Positions 51,790 through 64,000 of a stretch of 64,000 nucleotides of DNA are shown in pieces. Origin of the DNA: Takakia lepidozioides (taxonomy: Eukaryota; Plantae; Bryophyta); contig CM060732.1 of assembly GCA_030704615.1 (NCBI GenBank), positions 33,604,001 to 33,668,000 on the forward strand. The letters run 5' to 3'. The notes under the pieces were generated by a model. That model was not told the origin of the DNA. It did not search any database and saw nothing but the letters and a program-made list of their open reading frames with translations. Every line of letters begins with the position of its first letter. Positions within the stretch are counted from its first letter, which is position 1. A program made the position numbers and the translations under genes.

Positions 51790-52250
51790 TTTGCCCCAAA
51801 AAGAAGAGCTTGGGCAGTCCACTTAGCTAGCTTGTTGACGTTGATCTTAAGCTCTATGGCGAGATCCTGCATACATAAAGAAAGAAAAATAGATCATATA
51901 AAATGCGAGTACACTTAGACCATAAGATGACAAACTATATAGCTGCCTTGGCCTAGTTTCAAATCCTCCTTCCGGAAGCATATTCATATAGATATTGTGA
52001 CAGTACAGACCATGGCAGCTACATTGAGAAAACACAATAGGAATTTGTAGACTGAAGGTCCCAAAGCAGGATGAGATATTGCAAGCATATTATACTCACC
52101 ACTCCTCGCTGGTTCTCAATCTTCTGCCGCCAGTCGACTCCAGTAATCCTGGAGTCAAACTCATTCAGAGTATTAACAGTCAACAGACCCTCTTGGCCCT
52201 TGACTTCAGCCACACTCTGTAACTCACACCTTGCCACCAGTGTTGTTTCC
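51790..52250 (-). pseudogene. eIF3d: Two-exon fragment of translation initiation factor eIF3 subunit D
   Basis: LVARCELQSV...LNEFDSRITGVDWRQKIENQRGV|gtgagt (exon ends 52100), then cag|.LAIELKINVNKLAKWTAQALL (~51866-51790). Rest of the gene not seen. Confidence 0.82.
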
Positions 52251-53479
52251 GGGACAAACATCCAAAACCCATAATTAAGACCGTAAGAATCTTTTCATGC
52301 TTTGACAATTTGCACACCCTACCATGTAAGTTATGTCTACATGGTTGTTGCAAATGTAGGCAGTCTTCAGATTCCCATTTAGTTTTTTTAGTGCCACCAA
52401 CAAAGTTACAAACATTCTCAGTCCCAAAAACAATCGTGCATTGATGCCATGCAAAGAATAAGTAGTGTTGTGTGTACAGTTGGTTGGAATAGAAGCTGAC
52501 GACAAATATTATTCCAGGGCACATTGTGTACATGGCCACTAAAGTGGCTCTATCAAGTTTGCGTCATCATAACCATTGAACCAGTCACATAGTACACCAT
52601 CATGTACCATTAGGGGATGATGATCACCACACGACGCATTTGTACTTCATGTATGGTTGCTTTAGTTGAGGACCAACTCATTCCTGGTTTTTTGTGTTCT
52701 GAGTCGGCGCATATCCCAGTCACCAAGAAACCTCACGCTTCTCTTGCATGAAACTTGTGTTTCAAAGTACAATTCGTGTGCCCACAAGTGATCATAACTA
52801 GCTTTGAGGTGAGGCCAGGTGCCTACACCACAGTCAAATGAGCATCCATCTTCCTAAGCATTTTGTGGGAAGCAACATATACTTGCAATTGAGTGTATTG
52901 AAGCCTCTCCCCTAAGGCCACCCGAATCTGTTCGTCAATAAGGACAACATAATATATCATCTTTGTCACTGGGTGCTCAACTTGTTTTCCATTGCCAGCC
53001 ATTCAGAAAGTGCAAATGTTTACTTATCAGCAGTCATGCACAATGTATGCTCCTAACTTTTGATTGGTTTTGTAGGGCAACTTGCATGACAGTCATCATC
53101 GGATTCATTGTCCAGACCCATTGGTCTATTCCGTCCCACCAATTTCTATGTTAGATAAGAAAATGGATCGGGCTACTGAAAGAGAGACCATTCCCTTGGG
53201 AGACATTTAATGTGCAGTTGTAGATGCACTACTGATCACATGAGGCAACAGAACAAAGCACTCTGGCTAGCACGGACGTTCACGAAACATGACTGTGAGT
53301 GGCAATGCACCACCAGGGGCAAGAGACAGACATGCATAATCAAAACTTGTAAGTCTGTGGACGGAAGATAACTGGTGATAAAGGTAATTACCTATTGTAA
53401 GTCGGTCAAGCTTATTGCATACACAAGATAACGTCTAATGGTAGAGGAGTCTCGCTAGATGAAAAGGATGTGCTCGTTT

Positions 53480-53620
53480 CAACCAAAATTGCTCACACAT
53501 GGGTTGCCACAAAGCATCAGCTGTGATCTCAGCTTGCCAGTGTGTACTTGAACTGCTGCACTTTGTGCCAAGCTGTATGCATCTAATTGCCCCAAGATGT
53601 GGACTTGCAATCAATACACT
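53480..53620 (-). pseudogene. F-box domain fragment
   Basis: LQVHILGQLDAYSLAQSAAV / frameshift / HW...ADALWQPMCEQFW. Confidence 0.55.
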
Positions 53621-53707
53621 AAGTACCCCACCAGAAAAGGAATGCATCTAATGTATAGAGAAGACACGTCCATTTATCTTAAAAGTAGATTGGTAATTTG
53701 AAATAAA

Positions 53708-54306
53708 CACTAGAAGAAAAACGCGGAATAACCATTGGCCCTTTAACCACTACTGTCTTTTCCCACTCTATAAACCACTAGTAGCCACTTGCCAGTGGTT
53801 AACCCCGATAAAATGCCACGGTGGCATCATAAACAGTGGTTGGAAGTGGTTTCAACCACTCAGTAGTCCACGTGTAATAATTTGTTGTCATTTATTATTA
53901 TTTATTTAGTAATATATTTTAGTTAATAAATAGTATATTCCACGTGGATGTGTGCAGTGGTAGATTGTGAGTGGTTATAGACATCTCAGTGATGGGAAGT
54001 GGTTGAAACCACTTGCTACTCCACGTGTAATAATTCAAATTTTATTTATGATTTGTGATTTGAAAATCTATTTTAATTAATTAATATAATATTCCACGTG
54101 GACGGGGACAGTGCACATTTGGAGCCACTATTCTAGTGGTCGCTCATGAGTGGTTGCCCACACAACAATGATTGGTACCACCTTTGTGGCGATACATAAA
54201 AAACTTTAAGTGGTTTGTGCACCTATAACTTTGAAAAACAGACAAGTGTCCAGACCATTGTAGGATGATGCTATTGAACAAATGGTTCCAACAATAAACT
54301 TTATTC
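53708..54306. mobile_element. CACTA transposon end 1
   Basis: CACTAGAAGAAAA at 53708, followed by many (a)accact/agtggtt subterminal repeats in both orientations. Confidence 0.75.
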
Positions 54307-54800
54307 CACTACAACAGATGAGCGTTTTTATGACTACAAATATGACTATTTTTTCAGTCTTATATGCGTTCATGACTACATGACTCTAAAGTGAAAAAAA
54401 CGGCGTGATAACGACTAGTCTTTAGGACTACGTTTTGCAAGTCATAGCCGTGACTGCGTGCGTGGCACCTGGAGTCATGCAGAGGAGAGTGATGTAGTCA
54501 CAACTCTATGATTTCCATATGACTAACTATATGACTACATTGTCTGTTGAGTGTTGCCTACATGGAGAGGCTTCAGTAGAACACGTGCACCACTGCGCAA
54601 ACGACACGTCACGCATTCGTGAGGGAATCGTATGACTATATGTCTGCAGAGCGATGCCTACATGGAGAGGCGCCGGATGGACACGTGCGCCACTGCAGAT
54701 TTGACACGTCATTTTTGAATTATTATTATTTTTAAATAATATTTTAATTTTAATAAATCAAATTATAAAATTATAAAATTTAGATTATTAATTGATTTAA
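54307..54800. mobile_element. CACTA transposon end 2 (different family)
   Basis: CACTACAACAGA at 54307, followed by atgacta/gtcat subterminal repeats. Confidence 0.7.
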
Positions 54801-55029
54801 TTCTTCATTATATTTTTGGGAAAATAGAATGGAAGGCCAACGGGGCTTGTACAAGTCTTGTAAATCATATTAGAAAATTCCAAATTGGACAAACATCCCC
54901 ACAGATGCCTCAAAGTCTAATGCAGAGCAAAAATTAAGTAAACCGGCACAAGGGCAGAAGTTTTTTAGTACTACTACAATTCTGGTATACTACAATGAAT
55001 GACTCTATTTACAACTATCGAATGCAATA

Positions 55030-55636
55030 CTCCTTACAATTGCATTTGGCCAACAATCCGAAACGAACTTGGTGGCAGTGTGGCAGTCACCACACACCCG
55101 AAGATTCTTCTTGAGATGGAGAGACATCCCTGTAGCTCATCAGCCCATAACCTCGATTGTTTCACCATTGACTGGGGTCAGAAAAGTTCCACAGCTTCTC
55201 CTCGTCTCTGTTACCTATTTTTGGATACTTTCATGTTGTCACGTTGGCAATTTCATGTCAAAGTCACTCCAAACTATGAAAGGTTCACTCAACCAGCTAA
55301 CTTTGCAAAATTCATAATGAAAATTGAGGGCCGATTCTGATAAGAGGAAAAAACAGGGTGAAATATGTTGAAGAATGAGCCTTGATTAACAGTGCCTGAT
55401 TTGATCAATTGTGTCGCTGCTGCTATGGCTTCTAGTTGACCATCTATCCATGCAGGTTTCTTGTACCTATCCTTCCACAGCAAATCATAGGTAATCTGGA
55501 GCATGAAATTCGGCCCTCTTGGATGAATCTGGACCCACACTCTATCCCTGTTCCTTCAACTATCCATGCCTCTGCACAAATCATGCATACATCCTCGCCT
55601 TGCTGCTAGCAGCTGACAATGACACCCTAGAATTGT
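55030..55636 (-). pseudogene. PDF-motif exons running into a DYW fragment (continuation of 62975-64000 across the LTR element)
   Basis: cag|IHPRGPNFMLQITYDLLWKDRYKKPAWIDGQL; DEEKLWN..DPSQW*NNRG; then YGLMS...[18 protein letters not shown]. Confidence 0.75.
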
Positions 55637-57087
55637 TGTAATATAAAACTATAATGGATCCTAAAAGAGGATTAATTAGTTCTAAAGTTCGTTCACTGGG
55701 GAAAGCACTATACAGTTGTAAAGTAACGATGCTAGACTATTCTATCTCTCTATCCCTCCCTTGGATCAACTTTTATTACCAGTCATCTTCATCTAACACG
55801 ATCATCATTCTTCTAGATTCATAAATATTCTCTCCATCTTCTATTAACTCTGCTCCATCGGCGGAAATTAAATACCATTGCTCAACTATATTTTTCCTCC
55901 AATAATCTCTCTGATATAAGGTCAACAGCTCTCGATACCATCCCTTATTGACCAACCATAAATTGATTATCTATGTGTCACTACATTGCAATCTTTTAAA
56001 AATATCTATCGACAAACTATTAGGCAGTCCGATAATTAATTCTACAGGATATGCTATCTGTTCTCCTTCACCCATCACTAGCGATCATTTTTTTTTACCA
56101 CCAATTATGTCTCTTCAGTTCCTCCAGGGATTTTTCCTTACCAAAACTATGATTCCATTCTCTCATAAGTTCAGGATAGCCTTCAAATGGTCGATACCAC
56201 TTCTGCGACCAACTATGCTTCCAATAACAACTCCGGTATAGGATAGATATCTCTCTATACCATCCTCTATTGACTAATTGCAATAAGAACACTTCTTTGT
56301 CACTACGACAAATCTTCTGAAAGATTATTATCGATAAATGATATGGTAATCCAGTAATAAACTCTGATACTGCTTTTATTCCTCATCAAAGCTTTTTGCC
56401 ATGCAAATGATTTTAATTCACGGTTGCACTCATATCATTAATCCAATTGAAAACTCTCTCTCTCTTTCTCTCTTCGTTTCCTTAATCTGCTCATGCTTGA
56501 GCTTTGGATATCCACCTATCAATATTTTTCTTGGTAGACCAGAAACTAATTCTCACACCGAATTCTTATTTGTTTCATTTGTGCGCATTCTCACCATCTC
56601 ATATAATTATGGTTCTTCAGTGCTTACACACAGAATAACATTCTCCTTCCATCACTCCATTCTTCACACATACACAAAGTGAATTGCACTTCCATTTTCT
56701 TCTTCTATTCATTCATGAACACAACACTGCTAGAACAGAATACTAAATCTACCATTGCAAAATGACTCTACCTCCTACTCACTCTACTCTCCTTACTCCG
56801 GTCACGGCTCTTTGGCTCATCTGACCCTGTCTGCTTCTCACAAACGCATTATATAGCAGAGTACTCCAACAACTGTAATAACCGTTCAAACTCCTTCATC
56901 CATCCTTTACAATTATTCATCCATTTCTTCTATCATTCAGTCCAAGATAGACTATCGACTGTATACAAGATATCAAAGAATACTGCTCTATCGCAGAATA
57001 TCGAAGGTATCGCAGGCTATATCGATGAGAAAGATATTAAAAAGTTCTAAAAATTGTCATTGAGTCAGAAATTCCTATTATTCTACA
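55637..57087 (-). repeat. 3' LTR (1451 bp)
   Basis: Near-identical to 61513-62969. Confidence 0.95.
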
Positions 57088-57247
57088 TAACCCCACTCCT
57101 AATTGTGTAGCGCCACCGCAAACACTATCTTTTCTGCAACTAATTCCTTGGCCTCTTTTCCCGCATCCCCTCTTATTCATGCGATCGACGATGGTCACGC
57201 TCATCACCCTTCTTCTGAAACTGCTTGAACGCCATATAGGGGTGGTA

Positions 57248-58360
57248 TCACGAAGGCCCCCAATCATCATACATAGTGGAATCTGCACACTGAAGAAATC
57301 CGGTCAAGCACATCAATTCTAACACCCTCATTTCCCTAGCCGGGTGATGCAATAGCTTGGCCACTATCCCAAATTCATGTCCTCCCAACATTGGCCTGTT
57401 AACATCAACAACAACATGATAGTAGTGACACCACTTAGTCAATACTCCGCAAAAGATGGCTGCCATAAAACACAAAGGATCAAAATGATTCGCATGCAGC
57501 CCCTGGAGTGTCTTGTACGTTGTCTCACAATAGTCCGCAGTGCTGAACTCTCCCGGAATCAATGGCCAATTGTAAAGAGAGGATGTTAGGTGCTCATTCT
57601 CATGCCATTGACCACGACGTGAACACATACATACACCAAATCGGCCTGTAATATTCCGTGGCCATGGTCCACTGATTGGTGTCAATCGAGTGCCCATCTT
57701 CAAAATTGATTCTCCCATTAGAGTATGGCCATAGTCCTGCCCTATCCATAACAACACTTCCCAACATGGCAGCACCTTATCGTCAGAATCCGCATAGACC
57801 TTCTCCGTCCGGCCCAAAAACTCTGAGTACTCCCAGTTAGTAGGAAAGTGACATCGTTCAAATATCGCGAACCCCACCTGAGAGACTTGTGTAGCACTAG
57901 GTTGATTGATGTACAAATCCTCCATCCACTTGGCGGTCAATAACTCCGGCCAGGTTTTTGCCTCCATCCATCTGCTTACCCTTTATTGAATTGCAGTCTG
58001 TGTCTAGACATAAGTAGATCCATGTAAACACTCCGGAACCAACCGATACCTGCGATGAGCTCTCTCCAACATCGTATGGAACTGGGTCTCGTCCAACACT
58101 TGAGCCACCAAAGGTTGCACCATATCCAGGTACCTTGGCAACAATTTGTCATCTAACCTTGGAATAGCAGAGAGAAAACCACAAGCATGTACTCGATTCC
58201 AGTGCCTATCCCGGAGGTAAGATTGTCGAAACGCTTCCAGTCTATCTTCCAATTGTTTATAGTACAAAAAATAGCGACTGGTTGGATCTCCAACAGTAAA
58301 AAAGAACTGCTCTGGATGGGCGACTGCCACATCTCCCCTAACCACCATCTCCACGGCCAA
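57248..58360 (-). pseudogene. Extra ORF of unknown function (~370 codons, two in-frame stops)
   Basis: ORFs 58004-58360 and 57248-57967 are in the same frame, separated by TAG and TAA codons within a 13-codon gap. Confidence 0.6.
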
Positions 58361-58379
58361 ATTCTCCTTTGCGATAGTT

Positions 58380-61300
58380 GCATAGGTCTCCTTTACCTAG
58401 AGTCAAAGTGTCTTTCCCCCAATCATTTTTAGCTTTAGATTGGAACAACCATGGCCGTCCTAATAAAATGGGATAAGAATAGGCAGAGACATTCAGTCGG
58501 AAGACAACATAATCAATGGAATACTCAATAGCAGCAATTATAGTTGGAACGGCAGTCAGGACTCCCATTGGTTTAACACGGCTTTGATCGGCCATCCTCA
58601 ACACCAATCGAGTGTTCTAAAACCACTCCGGTAATAACAATGCCATCTATTGTCACATCAAGGACGGGGGCACCTGGATCTGGATTGAGTGTGGATATAC
58701 TCACTTCATGGACGTCGTTATTCAATGCCTGTTTCCGCACTAGAGATGACTGCAAAGAAGCTCGGCATTGAGGTGCAATAGCCAACAGCTGCCGCAAAGA
58801 AATAGCAGGTTGCAAGGTGTCCAGGTCCTTAAGTATATCATAATGAACCAAGCATTTAGTCAGCGCCATGACCCTTCTCCGTCGAGACCCTTGGGATGTC
58901 CTATCTTGCCATTACCCATCTTCGGACCAGTATACTTCCCTCTATTTCTCCGCTGGACTGGCTCCGTTCTGGGTTGGGGTATTGTAACTGAGGTGACAGC
59001 ATCCGGGTCGATAGAGTCCACGATAGTGGAAGGTGGATGGACAACCAAACTAGGCGATATCATCGTTGGTATCGGATGAATATCGGACATAATGGGCTGC
59101 ACTTCCTCGATTGGCTTGGAGTTCATGCTATCGGGGGTTTTTAAGGCAGAGTCGTCCACGACAGGGTCCATTGGCAATAACTTACGAGCTCTGGTGGTAA
59201 CTGCTTTAACCATGGGATTATCTGTCTCAGCATTAAAATAATAAGATTGCAAAAGGGGATCGGCTGCTTCCATCTTGCCTTTGCCTTTCAAAGTGGTTTC
59301 TTATCAGCCAAATTCATATCACTCATACATTCTTGTACTGTTACTCGATTCACAACTCGATTGGTATTAGTATTTCCAAAAGAATGTGACGGACCTGCAG
59401 TTGGTGGAACTGGTCCTGAACCCGGAGGCGTAGGGATTGATGAAGTTTACTGATGGATGGGATTTTGGGGATATGGACTCTCACATTGTTCAGCAGTATG
59501 TCCCTGACCTCCACAACGCCCACAAAGCGGGATATAATCAACCGGGGCTTTCGGATTAGGGCATTCGCTGGCAATATGTCCAATCTCATGGCAACGATAG
59601 CAAACATGATATTGACCATTCCTCAATCGCCGAGCAGGTGGTCGATAAGAAGCATTGGTCTGTTGTGGATACATCTGTTGTTGTTGGCCTCCTCCGCCCC
59701 CATAGGTTTGACCATTGGCTCCCTGAGGTGGTATCCCCCGCACTTGCTGTCGAGTAGGTTGATTAGCCGACTGGTGCCAGCTCTGGGGCCCTCGGGTTGG
59801 TCTCTAGGGTTGCTGAATCTGGGGCGGTTGGTCAGACCATTGAACAACCACATGCTGGTTGGCAGATGGTGGGGTCAACCCAATTTTATTCCCAACCCGT
59901 CCTTGGTTTATTCTTTATTGGAGTTAAACCCATGGCCGATTGTAAATGCCAACATTGTAACATCACATGTCCTGATTTACCACAATAACCACATTTAGCA
60001 GTAGCTCCATTAATAGGATTGGTCACTGGGCCCACGGGGCACTCATTAGCAAGATGTCCATGAACCTGACAATTAGAACACCACATATTGGGTTGTTGAT
60101 TATTTGGCTTGGGTCTCCCTTCTCGTTTAGAAGCTAATTGCACGGAGAGTTCCTCCATTTTCTTAGTCAATGCAACAATCTACCTTTCTTGTGGATCAAC
60201 TACTACATCAGCTGGTAGTTGATTTTGCAAGGATACAGGGGCATACATCCCCACAGTAGACTGATTTAAAGATGAAGACATAGTCACTGGAGCTGACGAT
60301 GCTTGTGGGGCCCAGGAATCGGTGTCAAACATTGTCGTGGATCCAACTGAATAAGTAGTGACATTAATAGTCTCCCATAACTTGGCCCGATTAATTGCTA
60401 CCTGTAAATCTGCAGGAATACCTTCCTTAACAAAACGTTTCAATTCTGCTGGAGCCAGCCCTTCTACAAATAGGCCCATCTGCATATGCTTAGGAATATT
60501 ATGATTATTCCATCGCCGAAGAATATCCTCGAGGCGACCTGCAAATGAATCGACCGACTCGCCTTTCACCATATGGAGTTTTGTCAGTTGCTCTCATAGA
60601 CGATCGGTAAAACCCAAGGGTCGAAACTGTGTTAGGAAAGCTGTTTTAAAGATATTCCAATCAGGAAATGCTCCATGTTGTTATCGATCATACCATTGAA
60701 ATGCTAATTCCCGCAAAGTGGCAGGGAACATTGTCAACCAACAGAATTCCGTCCTGGCATTATTAACAATACAAGCTGTCATAAATTGAGCCAAATGGCG
60801 GTCAGGATTTGACCCTTGCAACCCCGTAAACTGTGGTAGGGGCAATACATTGACAGTTCTATCGTTGGGCGTCCCCACATTCACCACCACTGGAATTGAT
60901 TGGAGAGCGGCCGCAATTGGTACTAGTACAATATGTGGCACAATAGGTGGTGCAAGGATTGCAATAGGGGACGCGATAGGTGGTGCCGATGCAGCTGTCT
61001 GTGCGGCTAATAATGCTCGTCGTGCTATCCGGACTGCCAATCGGTAAGATCTGGCTTTAGCCTTATGTTCGGCGGTTACGGGAGATTCCCTCATACCCCA
61101 TAACCCATTCTTCTTAATTGACAATACAAGGTGATCTCCTCGATTTCTTGCAATAGTCAATTCAAGTGTTCTTGACGTTTCCTCTTGTTCAAGCGATAGT
61201 TGAATCTGCTCCTCATGCGCTAGCGCCAGAGCTAGCATCTCCACTTTTGTTAACCTAGAACAGGGAGGCTCAACCGTCTCCCGCGCCTTCTTCTGAGTCC

Positions 61301-61430
61301 AAAAACATTCTGGGTTCTCTGCCTTCTTACGCTGCTTACATAAACTACAATAAGGACATAGTTGGAAACCAGGTGGAAAAACCTTACTATTACGAATGAC
61401 TTCCCCCGTCATCTCGTAATTCCTCAACAA
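58380..61430 (-). pseudogene. Gag with four CCHC-type zinc knuckles and an aspartic-protease remnant
   Basis: PDRHLAQF...FPATLRELAFQWY; GESVDSFAGRL; CSNCQVHGHLANEC, CGYCGKSGHVMLQC, CYRCHEIGHIASEC, CGRCGGQGHTAEQC; MADQS..KPMG...ILLGRPWL. Confidence 0.88.
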
Positions 61431-61512
61431 AAAGTAATTATCTTGAAAATTGTCAGTAAAGCATCACTATAGCAAACCACATCGTCTTTCCCCGGCAGCG
61501 GCGCCAAAAAGA

Positions 61513-62969
61513 TGTAATATAAAACTATAATGGATCATAAAAGAGGATTAATTAGTTCTAAAGTTCGTTCATTGGGGAAAGCACTATACGGTTGTAAAGT
61601 AACGATGCTAGACTATTCTATCTCTCTCTATCCCTCCCTTGGATCAACTTTTACTACCAGTCATCTTCATCTAACACAATCATCATTCTTCCATATTCAT
61701 AAATATTCTCTCCATCTTCTATTAACTCTGCTCCATCGGCAGAAATTAAATACCATTGCTCAACTATATTTTTCCTCCAATAATCTCTCTGATACAAGGT
61801 CAACAGCTCTCGATACCATCCCTTATTGACTAACCATAAATTGATTATCTTTCTGTCACTACATTGCAATCTTTTAAAAATGTCTATCGACAAACTATTA
61901 GGCAGTCCGGTAATTAATTCTACAGGATATGCTATCTGTTCTCCTTCACCCATCACTAGCAATCATTTTTTTTACCACCAATTATGTCTCTTCAGTTCCT
62001 CCAGGGATTTTCCCTCACCAAAACTATGATTCCATTCTCTCATAAGTTCAGGATAGCCTTCAAATGGTCGATACCACTTCTGCGACCAACTATGCTTCCA
62101 ATAACAACTCTGGTATAAGATGGATATCTCTCTATACCATCCTCTATTGACTAATTGCAATAAAAACATTTTTTTGTCACTACAACAAATCTTCTGAAAG
62201 ATTATTATCGATAAATGATATGGTAATCCAGTAATCAACTCTGATACTGCTTTTATTCCTCATCAAAGCTTTTTGCCATGCAAATGATTTTAATTCACGG
62301 TTGCACTCCTATCATTAATCCAATTGAAAACTCTCTCTTTCTTTCTTTCTTCGTTTCCTTAATCTGCTCCTGCTTGAGCTTTGGATATCCACCTATCAAT
62401 ATTTCTCTTGGTAGACCAGAAACTAATTCTCATACCAAATTCTTATTTGTTTCATTTGTGCGCATTCTCACCATCTCATATAATTATGGTTCTTCAATGC
62501 TTACACACAGAATAACATTCTCCTTCCATCACTCCATTCTTCACACATACACAAAGTGAATTGCACTTCCTTTGTCTTCTTCTATTCATTCATGAATCAT
62601 AACACTGCTGCAAGAACACAATACTAAATCTACCATTGCAAAATGACTCTACCTCCTACTCACTCTACTCTCCTTACTCCGGTCACGGCTCTTTGGCTCA
62701 TCTGACCCTGTCTGCTTCTCACAAACGCATTATATAGCAGAGTACTCCAACAACTATAATAACCGCTCAAACTCCTTCATCCATCCTTTACAATTATTCA
62801 TCCATTTCTTCTATCATTCAGTCCAAGATAGACTATCGGCTGTATACAAGATATCGAAGAATACTGCTGTATCGCAGCAATATCGAAGGTATCGCAGGCT
62901 ATTTCGATGAGAAAGATATTAAAAAGTTCTGAAAATTGTCATTGAGTCAGAAATTCCTATTATTCTACA
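61513..62969 (-). repeat. 5' LTR (1457 bp) containing F-box-like mini-ORFs
   Basis: Matches 55637-57087. Contains ORFs 61972-62238 and 61654-61962. Confidence 0.95.
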
Positions 62970-62974
62970 ATTGT

Positions 62975-64000
62975 TCCAGCAAACACCCCAACCCTACTTA
63001 TCACACTAGTTCTTATGCTCAATTGCATCTGCTACTCTCTATAATCCAACAGGCGTTCACCTTCTTGCCTCGATTGTCCCACCATTGACTGGGCTAGAAA
63101 AGTATTCATTCCACAGCTTTTCCTCGTCATTTGCCCCTAAGTCTCCCAAGCCTCCATCCCGCGCCCTTGCTGTGCATATCCTGCAATCATCACACTCCAC
63201 AACACCACATGTCGTTCAGCCATACTGAGAACACTCCCTTTGCATCCTCAATGCACCCACATTTGGCAGACATGTCCACCAGGGCAGTGTTCAGAATGAT
63301 ATCAGGTGCAATTCCAGATTTGATGATGTCACCATGGATCTCTTTGCCCTTTTCCAGGGCTGCCAGGCTTGCACAAGCATTGCAAACACACACAAACGTG
63401 ATCTGGTTACACTTCACCCCTTCCCCCATCATAGGTCTCCAAGGCCTCCATCCCGCGCCCCTGCTGTGCATCTACTCCAAGCATGGCATTACATGACACC
63501 ATATCTTGTTCAGCCATACTGTCGAACACACCCTTTGCATCCTCGATGCACCCATATTTTGCATACATATCCACCAGGGTATTGTTCAGAATGACATCGG
63601 GTACAATCATAGGTCATAGGTCTTCAAAGCCTCCATACCATGTCCCTGCTATGCATACCATGCAAGCATCGCGTTCCACAACACCACAAAATGTTCAGCC
63701 ATAGTGTTGAAAACTCCCTTCGCATCCTTAATGCACCCATATTTGACATTCATGTCCACCAGGGCAGTGTTCAGAATGAAATCTGGTACAATTCCAGCTT
63801 TGATGATGTCACCATGGACCTTTTTTCCCTTTTCCAGAGCTCCCATGCTTGCACATGCATTGTAAACACAAACAAATGTGTTGGGCTTCACCCCTTTGCA
63901 CATCATTTGCTCATAGGTCTCCAAAGCATTCCTACCACACTCATGCTTGGTAAATCCTGCCAACATTATATTCCACGTGATCAAAGATCATTGAGGCATT
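62975..64000 (-). pseudogene. PLS-PPR pseudogene running into a PDF-motif head exon and intron; continues beyond the window
   Basis: P/L/S motifs at 63140-64000, closely similar to 37050-37290 and 43050-43400. DEEKLWNEYFS..QWWDNRGKK|gtgaac at ~63128-63062. Confidence 0.88.

Larger units (their letters stand above)
55637..62969 (-). mobile_element. Non-autonomous Athila-like Ty3/gypsy LTR retrotransposon (gag + protease remnant + unknown ORF; no RT/RH/INT)
   Basis: LTRs at 55637-57087 and 61513-62969 (TG..CA). TSD ATTGT at 55632-55636 and 62970-62974. PBS TGGCGCCGCTGCCGGGGA (61489-61506, -). PPT AGGAGTGGGGTTA adjacent to 57087. Confidence 0.95.

Noticed and set aside
54955-54975. Closing CACTA TIR
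   Set aside because: Reads ttttttagta rather than ...tagtg, and no matching 3-bp TSD could be confirmed.

Overview
Nuclear DNA of a land plant, most likely a non-seed plant (bryophyte/lycophyte-like PAL, GPAT and PLS-PPR sequences; inference). Only two genes look intact: a 2-exon sn-2 GPAT (27530-29369, +) and an intronless PAL (32101-34305, -), arranged tail-to-tail. The rest is mostly transposons and pseudogenes. Transposons: two full-length LTR retrotransposons with 5-bp TSDs (a chromovirus at 2060-8852 and a pol-less Athila-like element at 55637-62969), two LINE relics, a 698-bp hAT element with an 8-bp TSD, and two CACTA ends. Pseudogenes: a CYP71-clan P450, eIF3d and F-box fragments, and a decayed PLS-E-DYW PPR cluster. 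Three signals stand out, none obvious from the ORF list. (1) Three relics of one endonuclease-encoding Helentron family, together showing RPA1-like, OTU-like, Rep and EEP endonuclease motifs and a shared 3' terminus. (2) At least six spliced OSB-type PDF (ssDNA-binding) motif exons interleaved on the same strand with the PPR/DYW modules, hinting at a PDF-PPR(-DYW) fusion family. (3) Tandem F-box-like mini-ORFs inside the LTRs of the Athila-like element, which also carries an unknown ~370-codon ORF where pol should be. All assignments come from reading motifs by eye; no searches were run.
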